Shown here: positions 12,512 through 25,600 of the stretch, in pieces
Layout: each line of letters begins with the position of its first letter
Numbering within the stretch: the first letter of the stretch is position 1
Source: Mobula hypostoma
Lineage: Eukaryota
Length of the DNA: 64,000 nt
Assembly: GCF_963921235.1 (NCBI RefSeq)
Contig: NC_086097.1
Coordinates: 230,394,001-230,458,000 of the forward strand
Direction of reading: 5' to 3'
Translations under genes and position numbers: made by a program
The notes under the pieces: model-generated
Told to the model about the DNA's origin: nothing
Seen by the model: only the letters and a program-made list of their open reading frames with translations
Database searches by the model: none

Positions 12512-12790
12512 CACTGCTCAATACAAGAGGACATGGCTTTAAGGTAAGAGGTGGGAAGTTCAAGGGGGATATAAGAGGAAGGTTTTTTACCCAGAGAGTG
12601 CTTGGTGCGTGGAATGCACTGCCTGAGTCAGTGGTGGAGGCAGATACACTAGTGAAGTTTAAGAGACTACTAGACAGGTATACGGAGGAATTTAAGGTGG
12701 GGGGTTATATGGGAGGCAGGGTTTGAGGGTTAGCACAACATTGTGGGCCGAAGGGCCTGTACTGTGCTGTACTATTCTATGTTTTATGTT
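12512..12790 (+). mobile_element. Young CR1 LINE 3' end (family A)
   Basis: TRGHGFKVRGGKFKGDIRGRFFTQRV.GAWNALP C-terminus, 3' UTR and TTCTATG-type tail; near-identical to other family A copies. Confidence 0.92.
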
Positions 12791-13131
12791 TACAATAAAT
12801 TCTATTCTCTTCCATCGCCTACAAAAGAATACACCACTTTCAGCTCGGGATTTGTTCCACCCTACAACTCTTTAATAGGAAACGGAAGACTTTTTAATGG
12901 GTGTTACCAGTTTTACCTCACCATGACATCAAATGGACAATCTGAGATTCACACGTACAGGTGCTACTTGCGAACTTCTTTAATATGGCATCAACACAAG
13001 ACTTAACTCCGGCTTTGTGTTCAGCACATCTCCTGCACACACAGCAATTACAATGGCCGCACATTCTCACAATACTAAGAGCTACTAAGCCTGAAGAAGC
13101 TAAAAAAGAATAGTGTAAACCTGTAACTTGC

Positions 13132-13302
13132 CTTCTCTTTCTTCTCAGAGGTATTGATTCCCGCCGGCGTCCCGTCTATCCCGTCTGCTTGCTGATTCCC
13201 GGCGCTCTCCTGTTGCTCAGTTACAGTCTCTTTCTTCTCAGAAGCTTCCTTCTGCTCTTGGTCCTGCTTTGATTCAGAATCTGTTCCCGGTTCGGTTGTC
13301 AT
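13132..13302 (-). CDS. EPB41L3: Band 4.1-like protein 3 (4.1B/DAL-1), first coding exon (exon starts at 13317, ATG at 13302)
   Basis: Encodes MTTEPGTDSESKQDQEQ...EKKEK (57 codons), resembling the vertebrate 4.1B N-terminus (MTTESGSDSESK). Acceptor tttgttttctAG at 13318/13317, Kozak ACCATG, phase-0 donor AAG|GCAAGT at 13132/13131. Confidence 0.9.
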
Positions 13303-16300
13303 GGTTGTGAATTATTCCTAGAAAACAAATTAATGAGGTAAATCAGTTTAGACTGTTTCATACAAAGAAACAAAAAAAGACTTTTATCTGAGTATGAATA
13401 GGCACATGACACAAGGATAATAGAAAAATAGAGAGCCATGTGGGAGGGAAGGGTTAGGTTGGTCTTGGAGTAGGTTAAGGGTTAGCACAACACGGGGAGT
13501 CAAAAGGCCTGCACTGTGCAATACTGTTTCATGTTCTATGAAGTTCAGTCTTGAAAAGGATAGGAGGAAATCAACCAGTACTGGGACGATGCATGCCCCA
13601 AATAAAAACCCTCCACTTTTTTTTTTAAAAAATAGCAGGAGAACTATGGGTCAGGGACATCATCCTCTCTTGTTTTTCCTGTTCTCTACTCAAACATAGT
13701 TGAGGGCATGGGTGTTAAAGCTGAAAAATCGACTTTGAATACTTCCAAATTAAGTTCCAGATATGATGTCAGGGTATTTGGAAAAATGAGAAAACAATCA
13801 TAAACACCATTTCCCATTAAGATACTAAATAAAATTTGAAGCCTGGCCCAAATCTGAAGTCAAAAGAAAATGGAAGAGCATGATGCCCATTCAGAGAAGT
13901 CACTTCATGCCATCTTATATATTAATAGCAAAATATTTCTACCCAAACCCTGAATTACATCATTGATTACTTGTAAACTTAGTCACACAAGCATTAGCTC
14001 TGTTGATCTTCACTGAAATCCTAACTCAGTTTTAGAGATTTTGAACAACATCCTCTCCCACAGAATGCCTCAATTCCCATCAATTCTATTTCACTATCCA
14101 TTTCTATAATAAATAAATTGAACTTCCAAATTTCAGAGCAACCTCAAATTCCCCTCAACCTTCACACTGTCAAAATAGACTTTACACTCTCATTGCCATG
14201 CCTGTGATTGCATCCTTTAATCACTATGCCTCTACTGCTGATGCCCCAATGCTAAACACCTCTGTATTTTCACCTCAATCACAAACTCTTTCAAAGCTTA
14301 CATCCATTCTCTCATTCATGCAAATGACATATTTTCCCTTTTTTGAAAATCATGCTTATGTCCAACACTCTCCCCTCTGAATTAGAAAATTCCAATTCAT
14401 CTTTGTCTAGAGCAGTCAATGCTGGTACTCCACTGCATCATCAGATTCTGGACACACACACACACACACACACACAGTGCTGAAGGAACTCCAGATGAAA
14501 AGTCCCATTGAAGGGTCTCGGCTGAAAACATCGACTGTTATATTTTGCTCTACAGATGTTGCTTGACTGACTGAGTTCCTCCAGCATTTTGTGTGTGCTA
14601 CACTGCATTGTCAGAAGCGTTTTGTTCGAATGAGGCAGTACATTCAGGTACATGCAAAAGATCGAAATAAGTATTACTTCAGGGATGACTATGGACATTA
14701 TCCCTGGCCTTTTGGCTAATTTTTTTCTGTCACCCAACATTACTGGAAAAAAGAGATTAGCAGGTAATTACTGCATTACTGTCATGGAGCTCACTACCCA
14801 CAATTGCTTGCTGTGATTCCTATGCCTGCAAAAACAAAACTGCATTCAGTTTGTACTATCTTAAGAGTGATAAATGAGCGATATAAAAGCATACTTCTAA
14901 AAGAATTCTCCACTGGAAACTCTTTAGCTCTTTATGTAAACATTCTAGGGACACAAGTAATTTATTGAAAATTCAAATGATGCTTAAACCATACTTCCAG
15001 GTTTATTTATGATTTGTAGTGTAATACTATAAATCCTACAAATATCAGTTCCCACAGCACTAAGTTCACTTATTATAAACATGCAGCACTGAATCCAGTC
15101 TACTCATTCATCAAATAGTCTATCTGGGAAAATAAACTTTCTTAATTATATTTTAACATACATATTGCGTCAAGCTACTATGTCAATAGAGACAAGAAAT
15201 GTCAAGCATGCTTAAGGTTGGGGGGTGGGAGGGTAGGTGAGGAAGGGCTTAAAGGCAAAGTGAGAAGCAAGTTTTTTTTAACCCTAATGCGTAGGTACCT
15301 ACAATGGGTTACCAGGGATAGAAGAAGTAGCAGGCAATCTGGTGGAGTTTATTAGCTTTTTAGATAGGCACAAGAATATGAAGGTAATGGAGGGATAAGA
15401 ATAATACATAGGAGGAAGACATTTAGTATAAATTGGCACCACGGTCAGCACAACATCCAGCGCTGTATTGTTCAATGATCTATGATCTCTATTCCCATGG
15501 GCTCATCAATTATACTTCAAATTGTGATGAATATTCACTGTCTAGGGCCATGGGGCCCTTTTTTTTTTGCCAAGCACAGTTTTCTGTCATAGCAGCTGAC
15601 AATTGTAGAGATCACAGAGTTGTTTTTCCAGCAAGTTAAACTTCCAACATATATTCTTTGTTCAGCTTCTTGTCATAAAAGGGAACCAGGCTTCAGCTTA
15701 ATATAAATGGCAAGCAATAATCAGCCTGAAGTTAAAAAGACAACTTTGCAAACAAGCAGCATTGTCTATACAGGATACTGGCCACAGCATGGGGCTGGTT
15801 GCAGTGTAAGTCTGTGGTTATAATGTGGTTATGTTAATTGGGCTGTATCAAACCAGACAACACTAAGTTATTTAGTTCAAGGAGGCTTGCAGACCAGATT
15901 GATACTATCACTTAGCACATCAAATAGATGATCTATTAATATTGGAAAGTTTGTATGCTCAGAAATTCTGCTTCACAGCATTAATTGTGGGCATCTGAGA
16001 ACTCCATCCTAAGAAGCTTTTGGACTGTTAGTGTAGAAAGGTAACAGAAAAAAAAATAAGAGTCAAGTCACCCAAATGGCAAAAAAAATTGTATAAATGT
16101 TAGAAAGCTCTCAGTCTTTTGAGGAATAGTCAAAAAATATCAAGAAGAATGACAGAAAGACAAGAGACTACAGTCTATTCCTCTGTCTTTGATTTCTGTG
16201 ATGGACAATTTGTTCATCTGCAAAATATTGGTATGTCTTTTTAGCTTATAGGAATTGTACCCACGTTTTGGAAGAATCTTTTGTTTTAGAAATCATTCAT

Positions 16301-17831
16301 AATTTGGAAATCTTTTGAAAGATAGAAAACCTCTGAGTTTTAAATGAGTTTTAAGAATCTTGTCTAGATTTAAACATATACCACTAAAAATAGATGAAGT
16401 GTGTTTAAATGACTTTGTTAGCTGTAAGTATCTCCTCATCAATGGGGGGGGGCGGGGGGGTGGACCCACCACTCACATAGTGGTTATTGGCAGCTAAACT
16501 CACCATGGAGGATTAACAGGGAAGTGAACTAGCCTTTGAAGGTAGCGACAGTATAAACTTCCTTTTGTGAGGGTATCTGTAGCTATCTTAAACAAAGACC
16601 TAATCTTTGTTTAAGTTTAGAACTTTGAGGTCAGCAAACCCAGTAGCATTACAAAATATAAGAGCAAAAGAGCGTAGAGATAAGTGACAAATCCAAGTCA
16701 CCAAAGAAATCAACATCATTTGAAACGCATGTGAAATTTCAACTTACTATTTTGTATTTTGGACAATTGTTGGACCACATTCTGCTACTTTTAAATAAAA
16801 CAAATCCCACATTTAACAAAGCATTTCAGCGCTTCAGTCTATTTTGTATTATTATTGCTAGTCAGTGAACATAATAAAGGCAAAGGACACTGCCAAGATT
16901 AAAGGCCGGAGAAAAGCAGAATAAAAAATACAATGAAGATTGCTGCTTTCACAAATGTACAGTGAAGAGAAATAAATATAGAGCCGCGATGAGGATCTTA
17001 AATAAAACCTCCAAGAAATTTGTTTTGAAAATCAAATTCAATCTTCAATCTCATCAATAAATTAGTTTCCAGAGGTTGGAATTCAAATTTTTTTATAATA
17101 AAAACTGGGAAACTAGTTGTGACTAGAGATTTAAACAATATTTTTATTGGAAATGAGCAATACAACACAACCTTCAAATTTTCCCAGGGTCTACCAATCA
17201 AACTATCTAATTGAGTTTGTATGCTTTTGAGATTTATGATTAAAAATCAGACATCCCTCAGATAAATTCTCAAGAGATTCTACAACTATCTACTTGCCAT
17301 GAAATATTTATCCGTAACACGATGTCAGAATTATCAGATTTTTTTGATGTGTGATAAAATTCAATATAAAAGCTCTTCTCACTATGATGTCTTTGCTATG
17401 GGGAAAAAAAAACATCTATAGGACTCTAGTAAAATAGAGACAGCGGATGTGCACACAGCCCTCAGAAAAATCTGCCAGTTGTGTTTAAAGATATCAATAT
17501 TGGGACTTTTCATAACATTTATAGAGTTGGGAAATGATGTGGTTTTCCTGTTGAGTTGACCAATCCCATTTTTACTGCAGGTGTTTGGGCATCTCTCTCG
17601 GTCTCATCCTTACCGTCAAGTCCCTGCCCTGTGCATTGCTTATGTTTACCCAAGTCCACACAGATGCCTCAGCTCCAACAAATGTACAGACTTAGGCAAG
17701 ACCATATATATAATGAGGGCTTGACTTTATCAATTTAAAAAAAGCAACTTAAATTGGTTTGTTATTATCACATGTACCGAGGCATTGTGAAAAACTGCTT
17801 TGCAAGCCATCCATACAGAACCTCTCATCAC

Positions 17832-18155
17832 ATAAGAGGAATAGATAGAGTGGATAGCCAGCGCCTCTTCCCCAGGGCACCACTGCTCAATACAAGAGGA
17901 CATGGCTTTAAGGTAAGGGGTGGGAAGTTCAAGGGGGATATTAGAGGAAAGTTTTTTACTTAGAGAGTAGTTGGTGCGTGGAATGCACTGCCTGAGTCAG
18001 TGGTGGAGGCAGATACACTCCTGAAGTTCAAGAGACTACTAGACAGGTATATAGAGGAATTTAAGGTGGGGGGTTATATGGGAGGCAGGGTTTGAGGGTC
18101 GGCACAACAATGTGGGCCGAAGGGCCTGTACTGTGCTGTACTATTCTATGTTCTA
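17832..18155 (+). mobile_element. Young CR1 LINE 3' end (family A)
   Basis: IRGIDRVDSQRLFPRAPLLNTRGH... plus the same 3' UTR and tail. Followed by a minus-strand Rex-like fragment to ~18570. Confidence 0.92.
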
Positions 18156-21012
18156 CATCAGAGCTACTCAGGTAGTACACGGGAAAGACAACAACAGAAA
18201 GCAGAATAAAGTGCTAGAGTTACAGACAGTGCAGTGCAGGAGGACATTACGGTGAAAAACATTAATGAGGCAGATCGTGAGGTCAGGAGTCCATCTTATT
18301 GTGCTAGAGAACCATTCAATTGCCTTACAATGGGGTAGAAGCTGTCCTTGAACTTGGCGGTACGTACTTTCAGACTTTTGTACCTTCTGCTCAATGGCGG
18401 GTGGTAAAAGAGAGTACGTCCAGTTTGATTGGGGTCTTTGTTTATGCTAAGTCCTTCACCAAAGGGAATGAGAAGGATAGACAGAGTCCGTGGAGGGGAG
18501 GCTGGTTTCCATTATGTGCGAAGCTGTGTCCACAACTCTCTGCAGTTTCTTGCGGTCTTTGACAGAGCAGTTGCCACACAAAGCCTAAAACTAACCTGTT
18601 GTTCATTGAGTAATAATCATTCAGGGTGAAAAAAAAGTTTTCCACACATTTTTTTAAAAAAAACTCTCTAGTCTGGAAAATTGATTTAAAACTCAATCCA
18701 TATAATTTAAGCACAAGAATGCAAACGCTAACATGAAAAAGATTGCCAGAAGTTAAGAGCTTTGGAATGTAAAACTGACTCAGCTGGAAACTTTATGAAT
18801 TTAGGCTAATCAGGTCCCATAAACTCACAAGGTAAGACCGTCCACAACTATTTTTTACTTTGCATTTTGGCCAAAGCATTTACCATGCAGTACTCAGCTG
18901 AAAATAAATAAATATATGGAGCCTCCAATGAAAACAATAAAGAAAAAAACCTTTATGGGTCTAATTCTACTTCCTTATTGTGCTATAGTTTCATTCATTC
19001 TCCACACTCTTTCCTCCTCTCCCGTCTGCACTCCCCAAGTGCTCATAATCCCACACTCACTAAGTCAAATTGCTGTGCCAATCCATCCTAACGAGGCACC
19101 ACACTGGGGCGCATCACTCCTTGGCACCGGATAAACGAGGCCATTAAAACTGGACCAGCTCCCCTGCTGCGATCTCTCATGCGGTTATTTACAGGCTCTG
19201 CCAAGCAACTGCCCAACAGATTAACTCTAACAGCACATTTTAAACAACACTCTGTTTCTGCTGTTTGTTTATTTATTTATTTATTGAGATGCAGCGCAGA
19301 ACAGTCCCTCCCAGCCCTTTGAGCCGCACTTCCCATCAACCCCCAACTAATCAAGGGACATTTGACAATGACCAATTAACCCACCAATCGGCAAGTCTTT
19401 GGGCTGTGCTCTGACTATTATTTCTCCAAGCACTCGTGCCTCAAAAGCAGCAGCTGAAACTTCCACGAGCTAGCACCGCACGTGACACACTAACGCAATA
19501 CATCTTTCCTCGCCGCTCTGATGCGGAGAGCAGGAGTTTCTAGCAGATGGAAGCAGGGCCCTTCCGAATGGCAAGCTTGTTTCCCTTCCTCAGCTTCACT
19601 GCTCGGGGGAACTGGGCAAACACAATATTTAACAAAAAGTGAATTGTCTGATAATGCTCCAAAGCCACGAGAATGTGCAAACTTGCTGCTCAATCATGTG
19701 TGCCTGTACAACAATAATTCAACAGAGATGCAGCGCGTTTCTCAGTGTGACCCAAACCACGACCATCTGCAGCAGAAGACTGCCTGGCAGCTGCTTTGCC
19801 CCAAATCAAATTGGATTAGCTCTGGTGAATGCTCAGAATCCAACAGCACACTTTCAGTTCCATACTCCCGAGAGGATTCCTGCTCCCATTTCAACAAGCT
19901 GGATGATTGGAACAAGAGTACTTAATGCAGGTCTCAGCACCCTCATTACTGTCCAGACATCTGCTCCGCGGAGATAACTAGATACGGCCTTTTTGCAGAG
20001 GCATGCCTGGAATCAGCACAGATGTGTACCCTGCCTCAGAGTGCAGCCGCAGCCCATCACCCCCCCCCACCCCCACCGGCGAATGGCAGAAGACCAGAGC
20101 CTGAATGCACGGCGAGACAGGCATTAAGCATCAAACATATTGAAAGTAGCCATGGGGCTAACTTATGATGCAAGATAAAAAGAAAAAGGCAGGCAATTCA
20201 AAGCCCCAGAGGCTCATTAGGAATGGCCAGCTTCCCTTGCCTTAAAAATGCGTGCTACCATAGAAAGTAAAATCACTGGAGAGAGGAAACAGAGGCTAAA
20301 ACACATCACACAATTGGTTTAATTCATTGCTTCTTTTGCAGATTCTTAGTTGGTGCTGATTGAAGGTGACAATTTTTTTTATTATTTAAAGCATGAAATA
20401 CAGTAATTGAGATGCTCCTAACACAACCCAGGAATATGCAGACAGAACAGAGTGCTACTGCTCAGTCAGTACTCCCAACATGGAATTAACGAGTTATTTT
20501 TCCAAATGCATCCTTCTATAAAGGGCTTCCTGTTCTGTAGAACCCTTCCAAACATTTGAAATGGGTTCAAATGATGACATTTAGAAAGGTCTTCTGATCC
20601 AGACGGAAATCCATATAGAAATACTTGTCTTTAAAATGAAGAGTCCATATCAGTTTGTATCCTGATTTTTCAATGGACATTGAATCCATGAACACCACCT
20701 CACTACTGTTTTCCATTTCTATTTTTGCACTACTTATTTAACAAATATTAGTAATTTGGTTCTTTATCTATTATTATGTATTCCATTGTACTGCCGCCAC
20801 AATTTCAACAAATTTCATGACATGGTGATATTAAATCTGATTCTGAATCCACATTCAAAAGCAACGATGGTTAAGTATAAAATTCTAATGAAAACCGTAC
20901 AGGTTCCAACAAAATGTGGAGCTAGCAGGTGAATTCCTCTATAAATCAAAATCTGATGCCATAATTACACAATTAATTAGCAAGTGCATCTTTTGAAAGC
21001 CACAAATTAGAA

Positions 21013-21092
21013 CAGGGGTTCCCAACCTTTTTTGTGCCATGGACCAATACCATTAAGCAAGAGGTCCATGGAGCCTGGGATGGGAACCCCTG
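21013..21092. mobile_element. hAT-type mini-MITE
   Basis: TIRs CAGGGGTTCCCA / TGGGAACCCCTG, 80 bp. Confidence 0.85.
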
Positions 21093-21929
21093 ATTTTTTT
21101 TTTACAATGATGCTTTGCAGCAGTTGCTATGGCAATATGCTCAAACATTCACCCACATGGGCAATTATTTGTTTACATCTGCAGCAACTAAAACCTTAAC
21201 ATTTTTGACCAGATCTTCAAGATGCACAATATTCATAATTTTGCCTTCAAGAGACCTTTTGTCTGGAAAAAAGCTTTCTTATTAAGGAGAAAATGTTCAA
21301 GTTGAAGTGTCAACTGTAGTCATTTTCATTTTAATATTTTTTCCCATTAACCTGCTCTTGAAAGAGCAAAAAAAAAACACAGCATCCATTTCTCCCTCCT
21401 TTGCAAAGCTCTGTAGATTAACTATTGATGGCCCTCAATTTTGTGTGCAGAAAGGCTCCTGTAAAACCAGCAAATCTACGAGACTCATTAAATATTTACA
21501 CATTCAGTTGTTATAATATATTATTCATGTGTATCGTGATCCCATGGTGAAGTAATTTCACTTTCATTCCAAGGAGGAGTTTATTTTTGGAATAATCTAT
21601 AATCTGTCATTTTATTTCTAATATGTACAAGTGACAACAGAAGACCATAAATCGAGGAAGTTGTGTCTGGTCCCCACATTACAGTTTCTGCATGCAACCT
21701 AAACGGTAGTTTAAAATCTTGTTAAAATCAGCAGTTCTATTCATTAGCAGTACAATATCCATACCATACAAAAATAATCTTTCTGATACCAGTTTTCAGC
21801 ATCTATATTTTTGTACCACATTTTTATACTATGAGCCACCACTGGGAGAAAAATGCAGATGCACGCAGATTACTCAGCTACAGGAAGTCAAAAGGAGAAG
21901 TTGCTGTTCCCTTCCTTGCCATTTTTTTT

Positions 21930-22032
21930 AAGCACTTTTTTTTTTAAAAAACGAGGCCAAGGCTGGCCCGACGCTCAACCCAGCGTGCAAGGACTCAAAC
22001 CCGGAACCACCGCCTCGAAGTCCAGTGTGGAT
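21930..22032 (-). mobile_element. tRNA-derived SINE, internally deleted
   Basis: Reverse complement matches the head and middle of the SINE at 43910-44130 (GGTGGTGTAGTGGCATC...GACTTCG...GGGTTGAGCGTCG). Confidence 0.75.
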
Positions 22033-22584
22033 GCCACTACACCACCGGCTAGCTCAAAGGAGCGGGGTTCAGAACAACTTACTGGAACAAATCAACGATT
22101 AAAGGTTGAATCAGCAACGATCTGCATTTTCCATCCGATGAAGGAAGCTTCCTCAGAAACCTCATTTTGAAAAGGAAACAACTGAAGGAATAAAACACTA
22201 ATTATGCAGTTAGGTTACTTTGTTCAGGTTCTAAAAGTCAAGAAACAAAATGCAGAGCAGGACACCTGTGCAGCAGGAACTATTCTCTTGAACTATTAGG
22301 GGTTTCTCCACATAATTTAATATCCATTTGGACAGACAGGAGGCTCCAGTTTATGAAGTGTTGTAACCTCCTTTTGTTAAAGGAGTCCCCAGAGTCAGGT
22401 TTGTTATCACAATCTTACATGATGTGAAAGTTGTTGCTATTTTGAATTACGAAATAAGTAAGTAGTGCTGAAATAGGAATGACGAGGTAAAGAGATTATT
22501 GTTGTGACACCACTAAACCAGCCAATCTGTCCGACTCCTGTACGCCCCTGTGCTGCATGATGACACCATGAAATTTCTCCTTCT

Positions 22585-22960
22585 GGTAAACAAAGTCCTC
22601 TATTCCCCACTCTGACTTTCACCTCCTCTCACCTGCCGATCACTTCCCCTTGTGTCCCCTCCTCCTTCCCTTTCTCTCATGGCCCACCTTCTTCTCCCAT
22701 CAGATTCCTTTTTCTCCAGCCCCTGACCTTTCCCACCCACCTGACTTCACCTATCACCTTCCAGCTAGCCTCCTTCCCCTCCCACAACCTTTCTGTTCTG
22801 GCATCTTCAGCCCACCTCTCAGTCCTGAAGAAGGGTCTCGGCCCAAAACACCAACAGTTTATTCAGTTCCATGGATGCTGCCTGGCCTGTTGAGTTCCTC
22901 CAGCATTTTGTGTGGTTGTTGCTTTGGATGTCCAGCATCTGCTGGATTTCTTGTGTTTAT
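22585..22960 (+). mobile_element. Penelope-like element 3' UTR/pLTR fragment
   Basis: Pyrimidine-rich tract, decayed hammerhead motif at 22821-22856, and GATGCTGCCTGGCCTG...CCAGCATCTGC terminus. Confidence 0.75.
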
Positions 22961-23414
22961 GACATCATAGAAAGATCCATGTTGATGGAAACAAATTCTG
23001 AATTGTGACCGCATATGTTAATTTCCTTTTATATATAAAAAATACCCTAAACATTACCACTGTTAAAGGCAAGAGAAATAGGAGGAAACTACAAGGCCAC
23101 TCAGATCTGTTCTACCTTCTAATATCATGGCTGATCCATCAATTCATTCCACACTGATGGAAAAAGGAGCACGATAGCAATCCTCTTATTTTCCCAAGTC
23201 TAATTCATTTTCTCCTTAAATGTCCAGTTCCCTGGTGTTCAGAAATCTAAAATGATTTAGAGTAGTCTACTTGAAAACAAAAGCTCCCTCATTTCAGCCC
23301 CGAATGCTTCAACCCTTACCCCTTCTGATTTGAGACTCCCTAGTCGAAGGACACACCTATTTTAAAACTATCTTGAGTACTTAATAATAATACTTGCACA
23401 TAAGTGCAATTATG

Positions 23415-24070
23415 AAGAAAGCATGGCAGCACCTCTACTTCCTTAGAAGTTTGCAAAGATTCGACATGGCAGCTAAATATTCACAAACTTCCATCGATGT
23501 GAAGTGGAGAGTATATTGATTGGTTACATCACAGACTGGTGTGGAAGCACCAATGCCCTCGAACTGAAAATCCTACAAATCTAGTGGATATGGCCCAGTC
23601 CATCATGGGTCTACTCTGAGCACTGTCACAGGAAAACAGCATCCATCATCCAGGACTCCCACCACCCAGGCCATGCTCTCTTCTCACTGCTGCCATCAGG
23701 AAGAAAGTACAGGGACACAAGTCCCACTCCGCCAGGTTCAGTAACAGTTATTGCCCCTCAACCAGCAGGCTCTCGAAACTGTGGGGATAACCTCATTCAA
23801 CTTCACTTGTCACATCACTGAACTATTCCCAGAACCTATGAACTCACTTTTAAGGGCTCTTCAGCTCATGTTCTTATATTTATTGCTCATTTGTTTATTC
23901 TTTTCTTTGTATTTGCACAGTTTATTGTCTTTTGCATGTTGGTTGTTTGCTGGTTGGGTGCGGTCTTTCATTGATTCCAGCAGCTTCTTGGATTTACTGA
24001 GTGTGCCCACAAGGGAAATTTATGGTGACATACATGTACTTTGATAATAAAATTATTTTGAACTTTGAAC
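23415..24070 (+). mobile_element. Rex1/Babar LINE 3' fragment
   Basis: QHLYFLRSLQRF...NFHRC.VESIL.GYIT.W and DSHHPGHALFSLLPSGRKYR motifs; ACTTTGA tail. Confidence 0.85.
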
Positions 24071-24669
24071 ACTAAGTCAGGATGTTCTAAGCAGATTTCT
24101 GTTGATTCTTTACCATATACTAAGGACATTGTACTGGATCTTTATAAAGTAGCCTTTCCAAATGCAGGCAATTTCTCTTCAGAAGTATGAAAAATCTGGT
24201 GTTTCATTCCTCTATGCAGTTCCAGTGTACATAAAACATTGGAAATCCAATAACAGTGATTCATCACACTGTCAAAACAAATCAGCAGTTAAATCATAGT
24301 AGGCAAAAATGCAAACGCTGGAAAGGGACCAAATACTTTAGGGCTACCACTTTAAAACATCTAATTATCTATCAAGTATATGTACAAGCCAGTTCATTTG
24401 CACCTCAACATGCCATTGCCAAATAAAGGGTCATATTTATCAATGCCAGCAGCTGTCAACAACCATAAAAAAAACCACTGAGTCTGCTCTGCCATTCAAT
24501 CGTGGGTTGATCTAATTCTTCCAGTCATCCCCACTCCCCTGCTTTCACCCCATACCCTTTGATGCCCTGGCTAATCAAGAACCTATCTATCTGTGCTTTA
24601 AATGTGTTAAGTAATGGATCATTCAGGTCCACAAGCACTGTCTTATCCATTAGTTTCCTCCTCCTCATC

Positions 24670-24970
24670 CCACTGGGGTAAGCAACTACAACACCAAAGA
24701 TCACCAATTGTTGTTCTATTTTGCCGCTGTCTATCAGGAGTTTATACATTCTTCTGCGACTGTGTGGGTTTTCTCCAAGTGCTCCGGTCTCCTCCCACAT
24801 TCCAAAGATGTACAGTTCGGGTAAGTGAGTTGTGGGCATGTTATAATGGCGCTGGAAGCGTGGCAACACATTATGGGCTGCCTAGCAACTATCCTTGGAT
24901 TGGACTGAGTTGGTTGCTGCCGCAAACAATACATTTCACTGTACGTTTTGATGTTTCAATGTACACATGA
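24670..24970 (+). mobile_element. tRNA-derived SINE (V-SINE-like)
   Basis: GGAGTTTATACATTCTTC...GGGTTTTCTCCAAGTGCTCCGGTCTCCTCCCACATTCCAAAGATG core; homolog at 42000-42320. Confidence 0.7.
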
Positions 24971-24974
24971 GCCA

Positions 24975-25600
24975 TCCAGCAGGTGGTACTGGAGCCTTAG
25001 GTCCCACACCACCAGGTTCAGGAACAGTTATGACCTTACAGCTATCAGGCTCCTGAACCAACACGGATAACTTCACTCTCCTCAAATCTGAACTGATTCC
25101 ACAACCTTGTGTGCCCTCTCATGTTAGCCAGTTTTAAGGTGCTTGGAAGTAGGTACAGAGGCGATGTCAGGGGTACGTGTTTTTTTTAACTCGTGGAATG
25201 GGCTGCTGGCGACAGTGGCGGAGGTGGATACAATAGGGTCTTTTAAGAAACGATAGGTACATGGACCTTAGAAAAATAGAGGGCTATGGGTAACCCTAGA
25301 TAACTTCTAAAGTAAGTACATGTTTGGCAAAGCATTGTGGGCCGAAGGCCCAGTATTGTGCTGTAGGTTTTCTATGTTTCCATGTAACCTGCACACTCAC
25401 TTTTAAGACAACTCATATTCTCAAAATTATTTATTTATTTGCACAATTTGTCTTCTTTTGCGCATTGGTTGTTTACCAGAATTCATGAGTAGATTTTGTC
25501 ACAAATTCTATTTCTTTATTTTCCTGTAAATGTCCAGAAGAATATGAATCTCAAGGTTGTATATGGAAATATCTTCATACCTTGATAACAAAGTCTACTC
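24975..25600 (+). mobile_element. Rex1/Babar 3' fragment interrupted by a CR1 3' end (25133-25386)
   Basis: The Rex 3' sequence breaks after ...GATTCCACAACC and resumes as AACCTGCACACTCAC. The insert matches the 3' end of the CR1 at 48404-49606. Confidence 0.75.

Noticed and set aside
13075..13131. ORF-track extension ASYRFTLFFFSFFRLSSS of the ATG exon
   Set aside because: It is intron read-through beyond the donor. The same applies to VRRLFTF... below 9249.
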